From Vermamoeba vermiformis (lineage: Eukaryota), in assembly GCA_045837725.1 (NCBI GenBank), contig JBEWZL010000270.1, positions 186,001 to 250,000 on the forward strand: a stretch of 64,000 nt of DNA. The letters run 5' to 3'. Positions 36,328 through 49,446 of the stretch are shown piece by piece (position 1 is the first letter of the stretch; every line of letters starts with the position of its first letter). The translations under genes and the position numbers were made by a program. The notes below the pieces were generated by a model, which saw nothing but the letters and a program-made list of their open reading frames with translations, was not told where the DNA came from and searched no databases.

Positions 36328-39300
36328 TTACTCGTCCTTTTTGACGTTCGTAGCGAACTTTTGTCTCTTGGTCGGGAAGAAGTCGATCGCGAAGAAAAAG
36401 ACGATCATCAAGATGTGCGGGATGAAGTACATTGCGGAGTACATCGCAATAGCTTCAGTGAAGCCCAAGAGCTAAAAATAGAAACACTTAGCTAAACGCT
36501 CGAACAATTATAATAAATAACCTTCAAATTATTAATTTAAGTAGCATTTGTTAATTATGAGATTTGAAGCAAATTTTTTGGTTGGATCCGGCAATTTTTT
36601 GGGCAGGATCCGACCTGAGATTATACATTTGGCATGAATATTTTGTACTTACGACGAAGGAAGAGAAGATGTAGCTGAGAGCCCAAGTGGTGGTAATGAT
36701 CGACAAGACATCGTAGAGCCACTTCAAGGGTTTGTTGTGCTCGACACCCTTCTCGTCAACATCCACAAAGTACGGGCGGAACTTTCTGCGCATTTCTGTT
36801 GGTAACAAAATCAGCACGTGATTATTACGAGAGATATTTCCTTATTTGGTAATATTGTGTATTTGTGATAACACTTACTGCGTGCCAACAAAGTAACGAG
36901 GGCAGCGAAACCGAATGAGAAGTAGTAGCCAGGATAGAATCCCTAATTAGGAAATGTCCGTTAAATAATGACACGTGTCATAATCAAAGCATTATTGGTC
37001 GATTAGAGCGATAAAATCACGTGTCATCATAAACAGTGAAAATTTTGCAGTGCGCGTGGTGGTAGCCGCAAGGATTTCCTTATTTGGCAAACAGTACTTA
37101 CGTGCCAGATGGCAGAGATGGTGTAGACAGCAATGACATCAAACTTCTTGTACTTGGTGGCAGCAACTCTGAAGTAAATATAGTACTTGAGCCACTTGTC
37201 CGTGCCCTTGTTCCAGCGCGAAGTCAATTCTTTGAAGTTTTGCGACAATTCTAAGCCGAGAGCTTCGACGTTAGAGGCACGTTGCCTAATTAGGAAATAT
37301 TGCAATTAGTCACCAACTCCTCAAAGTCACCGTGTAAAAAATACAAAAATCATAAAATACGATAAAACACGCATTATTTACGATTAGTTGGCATCACACT
37401 GCATTACCATATATGGGAATATGATTGCTATAATTGTCCGATACGTACCAGCTGTAAACAACTTTGCCGTTGACCTCCTTCTTGCCGCTGTAGCCGAGAC
37501 CAATGACGATGTTTGCACCTTCAGAAATCAACCAAGCAAAGTAGTACGTGCCTCGGCAGATTGTTGCGGAGATCCATTGGTAACCAAGTCTAAATTAGGA
37601 AAGCGTTAGAATTGTTGCAAAGTCTTCCCTCGAACAGATCAAAAAAATTCTTAGAGTACTACAGATCTAACTAACGATATTATAATACAATGTTTAGTAC
37701 TTACTTATAATAGTAAGGTCGTTGAGCAAACTCAGCGGTGGTCATGTAACGAACCGGCAAAAATCCTTGAGCGATGACCTCGACGACTGTGAACAAACCG
37801 TAGCCGAGTCTCAACAAGCCTTGGAAGAGAGCACCAGGAGGAATAGGTCCGGGGGTCTTGCCGGGCTGTAGAACAATATTACCATATTAGTACATGTATA
37901 TCTTTCGTACGAGCCAATAAAAATTAACGCAAAGTTCGATCCACGCAACAAAAAAATTATTCAATTTCCATTAAAATACTATTTAAAACTCTATATTCTT
38001 CCAATATTGCTATAGTATTAAATATTATTACGTACCACGCCAAACATGGTCATGTCAATGAAGTCCAAGTAGTCGCGCATCCAAAGAGTAGGGCCAGCCA
38101 AGAAAGTGGTGAAGAAGTAGACGTAGCCGTAGAATTCCAACAACGAAGCTTGTTTGGTCAAACGAGTCACTTGAAGCTTGGGGTGAACGAGTTTCTAGGA
38201 ATTAATCGTACGTTAAATTTGAACCAACTTTTAGATCTGATTGTTAAGGCCAAAAAAATAATTATAGATGCCATTAATAGCGCTAATAACGTACATCCTT
38301 CGGCAAAGTGCCATCATAGACGTCAAAGGCGTACATGGACAACTTCATCGTGAGAATCATTTGGGGACCAGTGAAGTCAAGTGACCAGCCCATGTAGTCC
38401 ACTGACATACGGTAGATGTGACTATATGATTATATTAGTATATAGTGGGACTATTTAGCGTTTAAAGCTCGATCTAGAATTAAAATTTGTAAGCGGATCT
38501 CGATCGACCGTTACACGAGCTTAGTTGACCATTAATAGCTCGATCATCGGCATTGTATTGTTAGTAGTGTTCAATATATCGCTTGTATGTAATATTTGAA
38601 TTGATATCAAGTGTTGTAAGCGATAAACGATTTGAGAGCAGATTTTGCCGTTTAATAATTAGAGTTACGTACCTGATCATAATATATAGAATAACGAATA
38701 CAAATACGACTCTATGAGCAATGCCATTGGGCAAGAACTTGACCATAAAGTAAACAATGGTCGAGGAAATGAACGAGTGCAAGATCTGCCAGCCAATGGT
38801 GAAGACACCGAACCAGACACCCAAAATAATACCAACGATGTGCTATAATATGAAGAATAATATTTGTTAGTTAACTGAGTCTTCGAAAGCTTGGAAGGAT
38901 AAATATTTCGTTTGGCGCTCTAAATTTAGCGCCGATAAAGGTATAGATTATAATTATAAGCAGCGTTATCAATAAATATAAAATAAATTATTAGATTTAG
39001 TGTGCCAAATTATTCAGGCAGTAACACCTGGGGATCAAGCTAAAAAATTGCAAACGAAAATAAATCAAATTATTAGTCGTGCAAATTAACTTCAATGGTG
39101 CGCTAAACCGAAGAGTGCTACAAAATATTATTAAATTATAATTAGCGCTTTAGAAATAATTTTTAAAAAGATATTTTAATTGAGCACCCGTTTAATAATT
39201 TATGTCATATTTACCTTCAAGGTAGGGATGTTAGGCAACAATCTGAACAATAGAGCAAGGGGATAGGCCAATAATAAGCAGAACACATATTTAGTCTTGT

Positions 39301-39397
39301 CGTGGGTCAAAAATCCGGATGCATCGGTGACGTATCTCAACTGGTTGTCCAAATAGGTGTTAAAATCACCTAATGGTCCTAAAGGAACTAATTCCAT
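36328..39397 (-). CDS. MBOAT-family lysophospholipid acyltransferase
   Basis: LDFTGPQMILTMKL, YFFTTFLAGP, WNKGTDKWLKYYIY and ISAIWH|GFYPGYY. Confidence 0.92.
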
Positions 39398-39512
39398 ATT
39401 TAATAACGTCCTAATGTGGTCACGCGTCCAATAAAGGAACAAAAAAATTTGATCGCGAATCTTCCATAAAACTTTCGTTGGATCAACACAGGTCCAAACC
39501 TTATTACTATTT

Positions 39513-40947
39513 ATGACTCAAGCTGCTATTATATTATCTCATCTACACCCAGACAATCGATTTGTCACATTCTCTACAACAGAAAGCAAACTTCAACTCC
39601 GACAATCCACCGATCAAACAAAATCCACGTCACAAAATCAAGATGTAGCCGAATTCAATACAGAAGAATGTTTATTTACAACATTACTATGCAGTGATAT
39701 ACTTATTGAACTATTATTACATTGTACACCCCAGATTTCAGCGTATCTACTAAACAAAGAAATTACCGCCATGTTGACGCGAACTGGCGATAAATTCGCA
39801 GAAAAAGCATGTAAACGTAAATGGAGCGATGCAACGCTCGAAAAATACGCTGCAAGAAGCTGGCAGGAGTGTTTTTGGCTGGTCGAGTAAGAAAATCCGT
39901 TCAAAAATTCAAACAAAATCCAAATAATTATTCGTTCAATCCTTTTATTATTGTTGTGCGCGGTATTTCATATTTTCAAGAACATACTAATATTTGTTCT
40001 GTTTAATTTAGCAAAGTGAAGAATCCAGAAACGTACGTTCACGTAAGTTCAAGAACACATTTAAATACATAAGCAATATTGTGCGAAGATTACGTCAGTA
40101 TAAATTATTTATGATCAATTTCGAGAATGGATTTTGACGTTTTCGAGTCAATTGGATGTCGACTTTTGAAGCAATACTTTGTTCTTGGGTCTCGTGCTTA
40201 ACCTTTTTATTACAGCGACCGATGCCGTACGCAACGAAGAATACCAAGGCAGGCTATTTAATTCACAAAGTAACACCTACTAAGGCTAAAAGAATCGCTG
40301 TAAGTCACGCTCTCAAACAATTTTTCATAGCGGATCCGCTTAACTTCGACACTCATCCAACAACTTCAAGCAATATTATACGATACTTTATATATGTACG
40401 TGTACTAACTGCCGGCCTCTAGCAAAAACAATGGTTGATCTTGAAAGGCAGTCTGTTGTTATCGTGCCGCAATGCGATGGAGTTGCGTCCTCACAACATC
40501 AAAGTTCTCACGCACGAATGTCACGCGTACTTGGCCACACTGCACGAACATCGTTCTCAAGGGCAATTTCACGTACATTTTCCTGATGACAAAACACTCA
40601 CTTTTGTTGCTGGCTCTGAAAAGGTACGAAACCCGTTACGCGTATTAATTCGGAAATAATTAGATCCGGTATATATGTTTGAAAATAATTCGTCATCCTT
40701 ATTGAAAGATGGATCCGGAGTTTAATTTCTTTACTTTTCGATCTTACTAATGTTTGATATGCAGGACGCAGAAGATTGGGTCAATGCGCTCAAAAGGACC
40801 ATTCAACGCTTGATCAATACAGAGATGAAACTGAACAAGAGTACCAGTTCACTGAACGACAGCGCGAGTTCTCTTTCACTGAACGGCAGTACGTCGTCAT
40901 TACTTTCGTTATCAATGAACGATATACTGCAATACATTCAACAATAA
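39513..40947 (+). CDS. PH-domain protein with possible N-terminal F-box-like segment
   Basis: KAGYLIHK..KKQWLILKGSLL..FHVHFPDDKTLTFVAGSEK|DAEDWVNALKR is a PH pattern. LCSDILIELLL..ACKRKW is weakly F-box-like. Confidence 0.65.
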
Positions 40948-41117
40948 ACATCGAGTTGATCGCAAAGGATGGATCCTTTACTATCAATAATAGGTTATTC
41001 CCATATGCAGTATTATTGCCTTGATGTATAATACAAGTCTTGCTTTTAATAATTTAATCTACCGAACTTGGATCCGTTACATTTACAAAAGAACAAGATC
41101 TGTTAACATGGGAGCCG

Positions 41118-43655
41118 TTATTGCACGAGGCACCGATCTGGTTACAAAAAAGAATATTAGTACAATTATGCATTATTGTTAATAATCAGCGTTGAATTTA
41201 TCATACCTCCTTTCTTCTTGCTCTCTTTCCACTTTTTGTATTGCCTTTCATAACCAAGGCCAGGCCACGACTTTTCAGCGACTTCAAAGTGTTCTGCAAG
41301 TGCCAAAAAGTCCTTTTTGTCTTTGATCGAGTTGTAGTTGACACGCATCAGCCAGATACAGTAAGTGTGTAGCTCCTTGTATCTCGCTCTGGAGATATTC
41401 GTCCACTCAAATACGTTTTTCAAATTGATCACTGATTCGACCAAAAAGTACTCAACCGATTGTGACATGCTCGTAGACCACTAAAAAATAATTAATTTCC
41501 TTATTTGGCAATTATTTCTGTTTGTTAGTTATAAATACGTACCCTTGCAGCCCATCGTATCAAACACTCTTGGTTGTGCGTGTATTCATCCACATCATGC
41601 GGCAACACTCCTTCGCTCGCAAATTTTAAGAAATGAGCGATGAATGAGGACGGTGCTTCAACTTCGATCTCTTTCATGTTCGGATCCGTCAATTCTTCTT
41701 GGAAGTATTTGGATCTGCACCATAACAACGCCTATTTAAGCGTCAGTATCATACTCTGGTTATTAATTAGTACTATCTCGTACCTTGATCGAATGAAATT
41801 TCTTGGAATCACCGGCGGCAATAATTTCAATGTCGTGCATTGTCTTGATATTCGCAGCAATTGACTTTTTCATTTGCGCTCGTCGATTGACTTCAATATA
41901 ATATGGCATTATTAATAAGGTTCAATAAATATGTTTAAATAGCGGCATACCAGTATAGTCAATGCCGCAAACCTTCGCCAATTGAATGAACTCGTTGGTG
42001 GGTGATTGTTTTGGTTTGCCATTGTAAATGAACTTGATGAACTCCAACAGCTCAACGTGTGACACTTCTGACACTGACACGATGCACACATTGTTGTCGC
42101 TCTTCGATGTGAAGTATCCGCCGAGTGGCGAGTGTTCGAGAACCAACTTCTCAAGTGATGGACAAGCACTGCACAGCACGAACTTGTGACAATATATCTC
42201 CCTATGGTATCGTTAGCAATCACGTCAAAGCTATATAAATGCACTATCGTACTTGTCTTCAACATGAAACACAACATCATGGAACAATTTTTCGTTGACT
42301 AACAGTTCCAACTCGTCACAAACATCAGCCCCTAAACGATAAAAAATCAAAATTAATTCTGTCATTACGTTCCGAAAGATTACAAAGTGAAAAAAGCTTC
42401 TCAATGAAATATTATATTAATGAGATATAATCATAATGAAAGTCCGTTACGTACCGTTAGTGAAGGCAGGTGGATCCGGCTTCGGTGGCATTTGCGGCTC
42501 ACTGTCACTGACAATAATACCAGCACCGACCCTAATTACATGGTCCATAGCTTCGTTTAGACCAACAAACGTCTTTGCAGAGACCTATAGCGCGTCAAAC
42601 ATTAGTCGGATCTGGTACTTTCAGTCTACTTTACACGTACCTCAAAGAATCCTGTGGCGCCAATCTGCTGTGCAAGGTCTAGTCCCTGAATAGTAGTGTT
42701 AATATTCGCGAAGGACAATAGTGCCACTATATTATTATAATCTCGGTGACAGTCCGCGTTTCGCGCTCCAGATCTGCACACGAAAAACTTTCTCGAACAC
42801 TATTTATATTATTATACTGATATCATAATAATAAGGTACCTGTTCAGTAGTTATGCATGATTGCCCTTTGGCTGCGAGCCGCTGGACCACCTCTTCGTTG
42901 TTACGAAGATCTGTTTTGGTCGCAAAAAGTACGAACGGTGCTTCAGGGCAGTGCTCCCTAAGTTCAGGAATCCACTGCAAGCGTAATTATTAATAATAAG
43001 ATCTTAACTAAAAGAGTTTCGAGTATTAAGTTTTGTCGATCTTGATCCTAGCTCGTTTTTTCGTACCTTTTGCGTGACGTTGAGGAACGAATCAGGATTA
43101 GCAACGCTATATGCAACAATAAAGACGCTTGTTTGTGGATAACTAAAATATAAATCGTATTTAGAATCATAAACCTGGTTTCGAAAAGTTGACGGGATCT
43201 GGATTTAGAATTTTGGATCTGCTTACCTAAGAGGTCTCAATCGATCGTAATCCGATTGACCTAATGAAAATCATAGTTAATGATGTTTATAGGGCAATTA
43301 ATTGCTTACCGGCAGTGTCCCAAAGTCCTACGCTAATTGGTCTACCGTCTACCATGATATTTGCCGAATATTCTGTATTAAATTAATAATAGAATATTAA
43401 TATTACCTATATGTGGTATTTACCATCGAAAACCGTCGGTGTATACTCCTCTATGAAATAAAAAATTATTAATCGAAAAATAATAGAAATTCGAGATTCG
43501 CTCAATTTACCAACCTGGAAAACTATTTGTGGTGTACGCAATATAAAATGAAGTCTAATCATTAATAAAATTAGTATTTTGGCTTCAAAATTACGGATTT
43601 GCTTTACCTTTCCAACGGCACCATCGCCGACCATAACAACTTTAATCGAAATCAT
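41118..43655 (-). CDS. RhoBTB/RacA-like protein (Rho GTPase, PxxP linker, two BTB-like domains, CAAX)
   Basis: [72 protein letters not shown]; terminal micro-exon DRCLVQ*. Confidence 0.85.
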
Positions 43656-43949
43656 CTTGCTATTGCTGCCCACTGATTAATTAATATGAGCATAAATGAA
43701 CATTTCAAATGATTACGATACTCCTAACTGCCTTTCAGCTAACAGAGCACGTGCCACAATGGCGAAATTTCCCAACGACGCGGCACGCCATCCTCCCATA
43801 TTAACTAAAATGGCCGTACATTTATATCGTATTACATTTACATAATAAACTACGCAGCTGAATTGGCCTGAAGTCGAATTTCGCAGCCGGGCAAAATGAT
43901 CCAGTTTTATTATTGTAGCTTCGAAGCGTTTATCGCCAGGTTTATTAAC

Positions 43950-45085
43950 CTATTGCAGGAGACAACGCTCTATTTGCAGAAAAATCAGTTAAGATTACGC
44001 TTGCACCGAAATACTAACCTTTATCATTATTCTTCTTAACTTCAATCGCTCCGGTCGCAACTTTAGATACAAAATCCATCACGATCTTAAATTCTTCTGG
44101 ATTGGATTTACACACCTACAACAAACAGCAGCAATCAGATCCGTTCCACCCGATGACTTACGTCAGGCCTGTACGTACCTCAAAGTACCATGCAGCTTTA
44201 ATACGCTTTGCCATCTTCTTACCCTGCGTAGTATTCAAGTTTAGAAAGTATTTAATTGCAATAGCAAACGTACTTGTTCGGTAGTGATAGGTGCCTTTCC
44301 TTGCTGAGTAAGCGTTGCTATTATTTGCTCATCATTTCGCCGATCCGTTTGAGCAGCAACGAGCACGTAAGGAGCATTGGGACAGACGTGTTTAATTTCA
44401 GGAAGCCACTACAATAATTAAACAATTATTATTGTGTAAGTTACGGTCAAACATGCTCAAGTACTCAAATTTTACGACTTTACCTTTTCGGTGATATTCT
44501 CAAAGGATACAAGATCGGTAACTTGATAAACTATAATGAAAACGTTCGTGTCCGGGTATCTATGTGATATTAGGGCGGATCTAAAAGAAATTTTGAATTC
44601 AGAGCCTTACACCAAACATCGTAGGCGAATGTAGTCTTCATGACCTAACAATATCGGATTTAAGATCGTTTCTTGACTAGATTATATATACCATACCTGG
44701 TGCTTCCCACAGGACCAGTTTAACAGGTTTGTTTTCAACCGTTGCGTCTGCGTGAAATTCTATGACGGAGATCAGTTAAAATTTTATTTTAATTTTTTAA
44801 TAGTAGCAGAATGATGCTAGTTTGCTCTTACCTTCAAAAATGCGATTACCGTTCGCGTCGTCTTTAATAAAAAATTAATTTTAAAAATTCGAACGAAATA
44901 CAAATTGTTTGCAATTCAATTTGCCGTTGATGGTACATACCAGTCGTTTTGCAAGTTCCGAATGAGGACAAAAGAGATGTCTTGACGGGTTAGTCGCGGT
45001 TTACAAGTTACGTAACGGATTTGAAATTTACCTTGCCAACACCTTTGTCGCCGACCATCACTATTTTATAACTCGAAGTCTCCAT
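43950..45085 (-). CDS. Atypical Rho-family GTPase (degenerate G3/G4)
   Basis: VMVGDKGVGK, LWEAPGHEDYIRLR, LVAAQTD; ends ERCLLQ*. Confidence 0.8.
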
Positions 45086-45395
45086 GGTTGCTCTCAATAT
45101 TGCTGAACATTAGAAATTGTTCAAATGGAAACGATCACATGATTGCGAGTCTTTGAAATCTCCCGAATTTGGCTGCTCAGCTCCGTATCGTTGGATGCGA
45201 ACGCTTTAAATTCGAAACATGTTCTATTGTACAAGCATTGTTATGTTTGACTTAGTTCCATAATATAATCTTGATAATAGCATTATTTACTATAAGTATT
45301 TTTATTGGCTATTTACACTCAGCAAAAAGGTTCGGTCCGAATGGACGGAATACGATCGTGCTACATCGTCATCTAACACAAACCCAAGCGTGGAT

Positions 45396-46505
45396 CTACT
45401 GTACAAGACATCGCTCTGAGTACACATCAATTAGTTAGCTACGAATAATCAGTATATAGATATTACATACCCTTTTTATCCTTATCTTCCTTAGACGTAA
45501 TCAAGTGACGGAAGCCGACTTGCAAGGCAAATTCCATCGCCTCTCGCACATTTTCAACTTTCTTCGCACAAACCTAAGACAAAATGAATCCATATTATTT
45601 TCCTTATTTGGCGTTGCAGCGAGCTTACCTCAAAGAAACCTGCGGCGCCGATTTTTTTCGCAAGTTCCTGACCCTGTGGAGGCATTGTGTTAGTAATATG
45701 CTATAATAAACAGCGCTTTTATTATCGAAGCGTACCTGCTCAGTGGTAATGCAATGTTTTCCTTTTTCAGCAAGCTGCTGAATGAACGTTTCGTCAGTTC
45801 GTCGATCTGTTTGAGTAGCGACCAGCACGTATGGAACACCCGGGCAGTGTTTATTAATCTCTGGCAGCCACTATAATTAAAATAATAACGATTAAATGAA
45901 AAGTCAACTCCGGATCTGTGAAGAAATTTCATTAAGTACCTTTTGTGTGACATTAGCAAAGGAATCTGGCCTGCCTATACTATATGCGATAATAAAGACG
46001 TTCGTATTCGGATAGCTAAGCAAAATTTTAGCTTACAACACGAATTCGAAATTCAAATCTGCATCCTTACGAGAGGGGTCTTAAGTTATCGTATTCAGAA
46101 TTGCCTAAATTATGGGATTGCAATTATTATTCATTCGTTGGAATTCGAATCGTACCTGCTGTGTCCCTGAGCTGCATTTGGACCTCTTGATTTTCAACCG
46201 TTACGTTTGCCGAATAATCTTCGAAATGAAATTAATTTGGAAACGAGAAAATACTTATTAATGGTATTTACTGTCAAATATCAGCTTCATAAACTCCTCT
46301 TGCAAAGAAAAAATTAGTAATTATTTTTATTTATTAATTAAATTTGAAACTTACCAGGATACTCGTTTTGTACATACGTGAATAAGAAGCCGCTCTAAAA
46401 ATTGCGTAAAATTTACTTAACGGAAAGACTGCGAACGGATGTTTAAACAAAATTTACCTTGCCAACTCCGTAATCACCAACCATAACAATTTGGCAAGAC
46501 AACAT
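45396..46505 (-). CDS. Atypical Rho-family GTPase
   Basis: VMVGDYGVGK, RDTAGNSEYDNLRPL, LVATQTD; ends ERCLVQ*. Confidence 0.82.
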
Positions 46506-46843
46506 TCTTTTAATCGCTCTTGTTGTGGTTTTACAAATGAATTTGCTTTAAAGACTTCGCTTTAAGCGAAAACACGTAACGGCTGTATCTCCCGAAATCT
46601 CCCAGCATTGCCCTCGTGCAACCGCAGACGGATTCGAGTCCATTTGTAACAGTCGGCTATGGAAACAATCCTCATACAACAGGACACTCCCTGATATATC
46701 AACCATATATGGAATCGCCTCTCTAGCAAATGGTAGGCGTTTCTATGTCAGACGGTAACACCATTTTTATGGTTTTAAAGTTAGCATTAAATCATTAACC
46801 AAATTCATAATTTTTTTACAATTATAGACGATGGAAAGTGGAT

Positions 46844-49162
46844 CTACTGAACAAGGCACCGATCTATTTTGAAATCAGATTAGATCGCCAGTATTAAGAT
46901 TCAAATATTATACCTTTTCTCTTGCCGTTAGCTTGTTGCCACTTTTTGTAACGATAGTCATAAGCGGCACCAGGCCACCAATTTGAAAATAGATCACCAT
47001 ACTCCCGAAGTGCTTGGAACTCTTTTTTGTCGCAAATCGAGCTATAATTCACCCGCATAAACCAGACACAATAGGCGTGAATCTGAGGGTACTTGTCTCT
47101 GCTGATGTTCGTCCAGTCTATCACGTTCTTCACGTTGATAACTGATTCGACTAAGTAATATTCAATTGACCTCATCATACTCGAAGACCACTAACGTAAA
47201 TAAATAAGTACTTATATAAACAGTTCAATTGGGTACTCTGACCCTTACCGCTTTGGCCAGATCTAACAAATCTTCATCGACATCGCGAGGTAATATTCCG
47301 TCACTCACATAATCCAAGAACTGAACTAGGCGCGGTGAAGGAACATCGACTGCTATTTGGGTCATACTCCCGTCAGATAAGAGCGATCGGAAGTACTCGG
47401 ATCTGCACCATAACAAGGCCTGTTTAAAGGGTTACTACAACTGGGAGTACAGCTAATAAGTACCTTCATCGTAGATAGTATTTTTGTGTCGCTAGCAATC
47501 AGCTCAATGTCGTGCATTGTCTTGATATTCGCAGCGATTGACTTTTTCATTTGTGCACGTCGATTGACTGAACTCGAAATCATTATTAACAAAAGGTAAA
47601 ATAACAACCGTATAACTTACTGTTGTAATCGATACCACACACCTTCGCCAATTGAATGAACTCGTTGGTGGGGGATTGTTTTGGTTTGCCATTGTAAACG
47701 AACTTGATGAACTCCAACAGCTCAACGTGTGACACTTCTGACACTGACACGATGCACACATTGTTGTCGCTCTTCGATGTGAAGTATCCACCGAGTGGCG
47801 AGTGTTCGAGAACCAACTTCTCTAATGACGGGCATGCACTGCACAGCACGAACTTGTGGGAGTAAATCTCTCTAAAGGGATGTTAAAAATGCGTCCGAGA
47901 CCAGTTAGATAGTGAGACATACTTGTCTTCGACACGGAACACGACATCATGGAACAATTTTTCATTTACTAATAGTTCCAACTCGTCGCAAACATCGGGT
48001 CCTGAACCAATAGAAAATTCAGCTCCTTTGCTGTAAGATGCTTCATCTTGCATCAAATAGTATGATTTATAAGGAAGTTCCTCTATTGAACGGATATCGT
48101 CCATATTATTTAAGTAGTAATAAAGAAAACTTACCGTTCGTGATCGAAGGTGGATCTGGCTTTCGTGGCAGATGTGGCTCCGAGGCTAATTGAATTACTC
48201 CAACACCTGCACTAAAAACGCCATTCATCGCTTCATAAAGGCCCTGGTATTCCTTTGCAGAGACCTAACATCGAAGATTAGTCGCTCGATCATTGGATCC
48301 AGGCTTTCTTTTTACACACTTCAAAGAATCCAACGGCATCGACTTGCCTCGCCAGTTCCTGGCCCTGAGTATTGTTGTTAAAAATATATAAGCCAATAGC
48401 ATAGTGAGGCGAATAACGTCCGACTCCCATGACTCGTACCTGTGCAGTGGAAATACATTGCGGGCCAAATTCTTTTCGGAGATCAATTTTGGTGGCCACT
48501 AACACGTACGGAGTAGTAGGGCAGTATTTAGTAATCTCTGGCACCCACTAACAAAATATAAACGATGTTAAACTCGAGATCGAGCAAAATTTTAGTTTGA
48601 TTGATGTTACCTTCTCTGCAACATTAGCAAAGGAAGTTCCGTCACCAACGCTATAGGCAATAATAATGACATCCGCTGAAACGTAACTAAAGCTAATCAG
48701 CCTACCGCGAGAAGGATTTTACAAATCCACTTACCTAAGAGGTCTCAATCGATCATATTCCGATGAACCTGTAAACAAATATTCAGTAATTGATATCTTA
48801 AACTAGAAATAGCTTCGTACTGACCTGCGGTGTCCCAAATTGACATTTGGGTCGGCCTGCCCTCAACGATCACGTTTGCCTGATATCCTTGCCATCATAT
48901 TGCAATTAACTAAATATTAAAAGTAGCCAGCGCTTACCATCAAAAAAGGTTGGTGGATCGACTAATAAAAATAAAATAAATAATTATTTAATTCGAACCA
49001 TTAATCACTTGGGCTTACTTGGAAATTGATTTGATGTATATGTAATACAAATTGAGGTCTAAATAAAATTACTGTTAATAAATCTCTCGGATTACTTTCG
49101 CCCACAGGTTTTACCTTTCCAACGGCAGTGTCGCCGACAATTACCACTTTACAAGGTATCAT
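46844..49162 (-). CDS. Second RhoBTB/RacA-like protein
   Basis: VIVGDTAVGK, WDTAGSSEYDRLRPL, ATKID; BTB exons paralogous to 41118-43655; ends DRCLVQ*. Confidence 0.85.
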
Positions 49163-49446
49163 GGCCAGTTAATCTGGCTTTTCCATTGGTGGAACTAAAT
49201 ATGTATTATCATTGTTTTCATTCAGCTAAAGCAACGTGTGAACCGATGGTAAATTTCAGCAAAAATCAACGTGTTGTTGTTTACCCCGATTAATAATAAT
49301 CGATCATAGGATTGTTAATATTCTGCAACTATGCAGCCTTTCAATGCATCCTTATTTTGGAAATTTTGCTCCCGTTAATCATCTCCATAACGAAGCAGAG
49401 TCTGCGGTATTAGAGGAGCGTGATTTATACTATAATGATAATTTTA

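Noticed and set aside
45940-46020. Suspected frameshift in the third Rho gene
   Set aside because: Re-reading gives AYSIGRPDSFANVTQK in frame.
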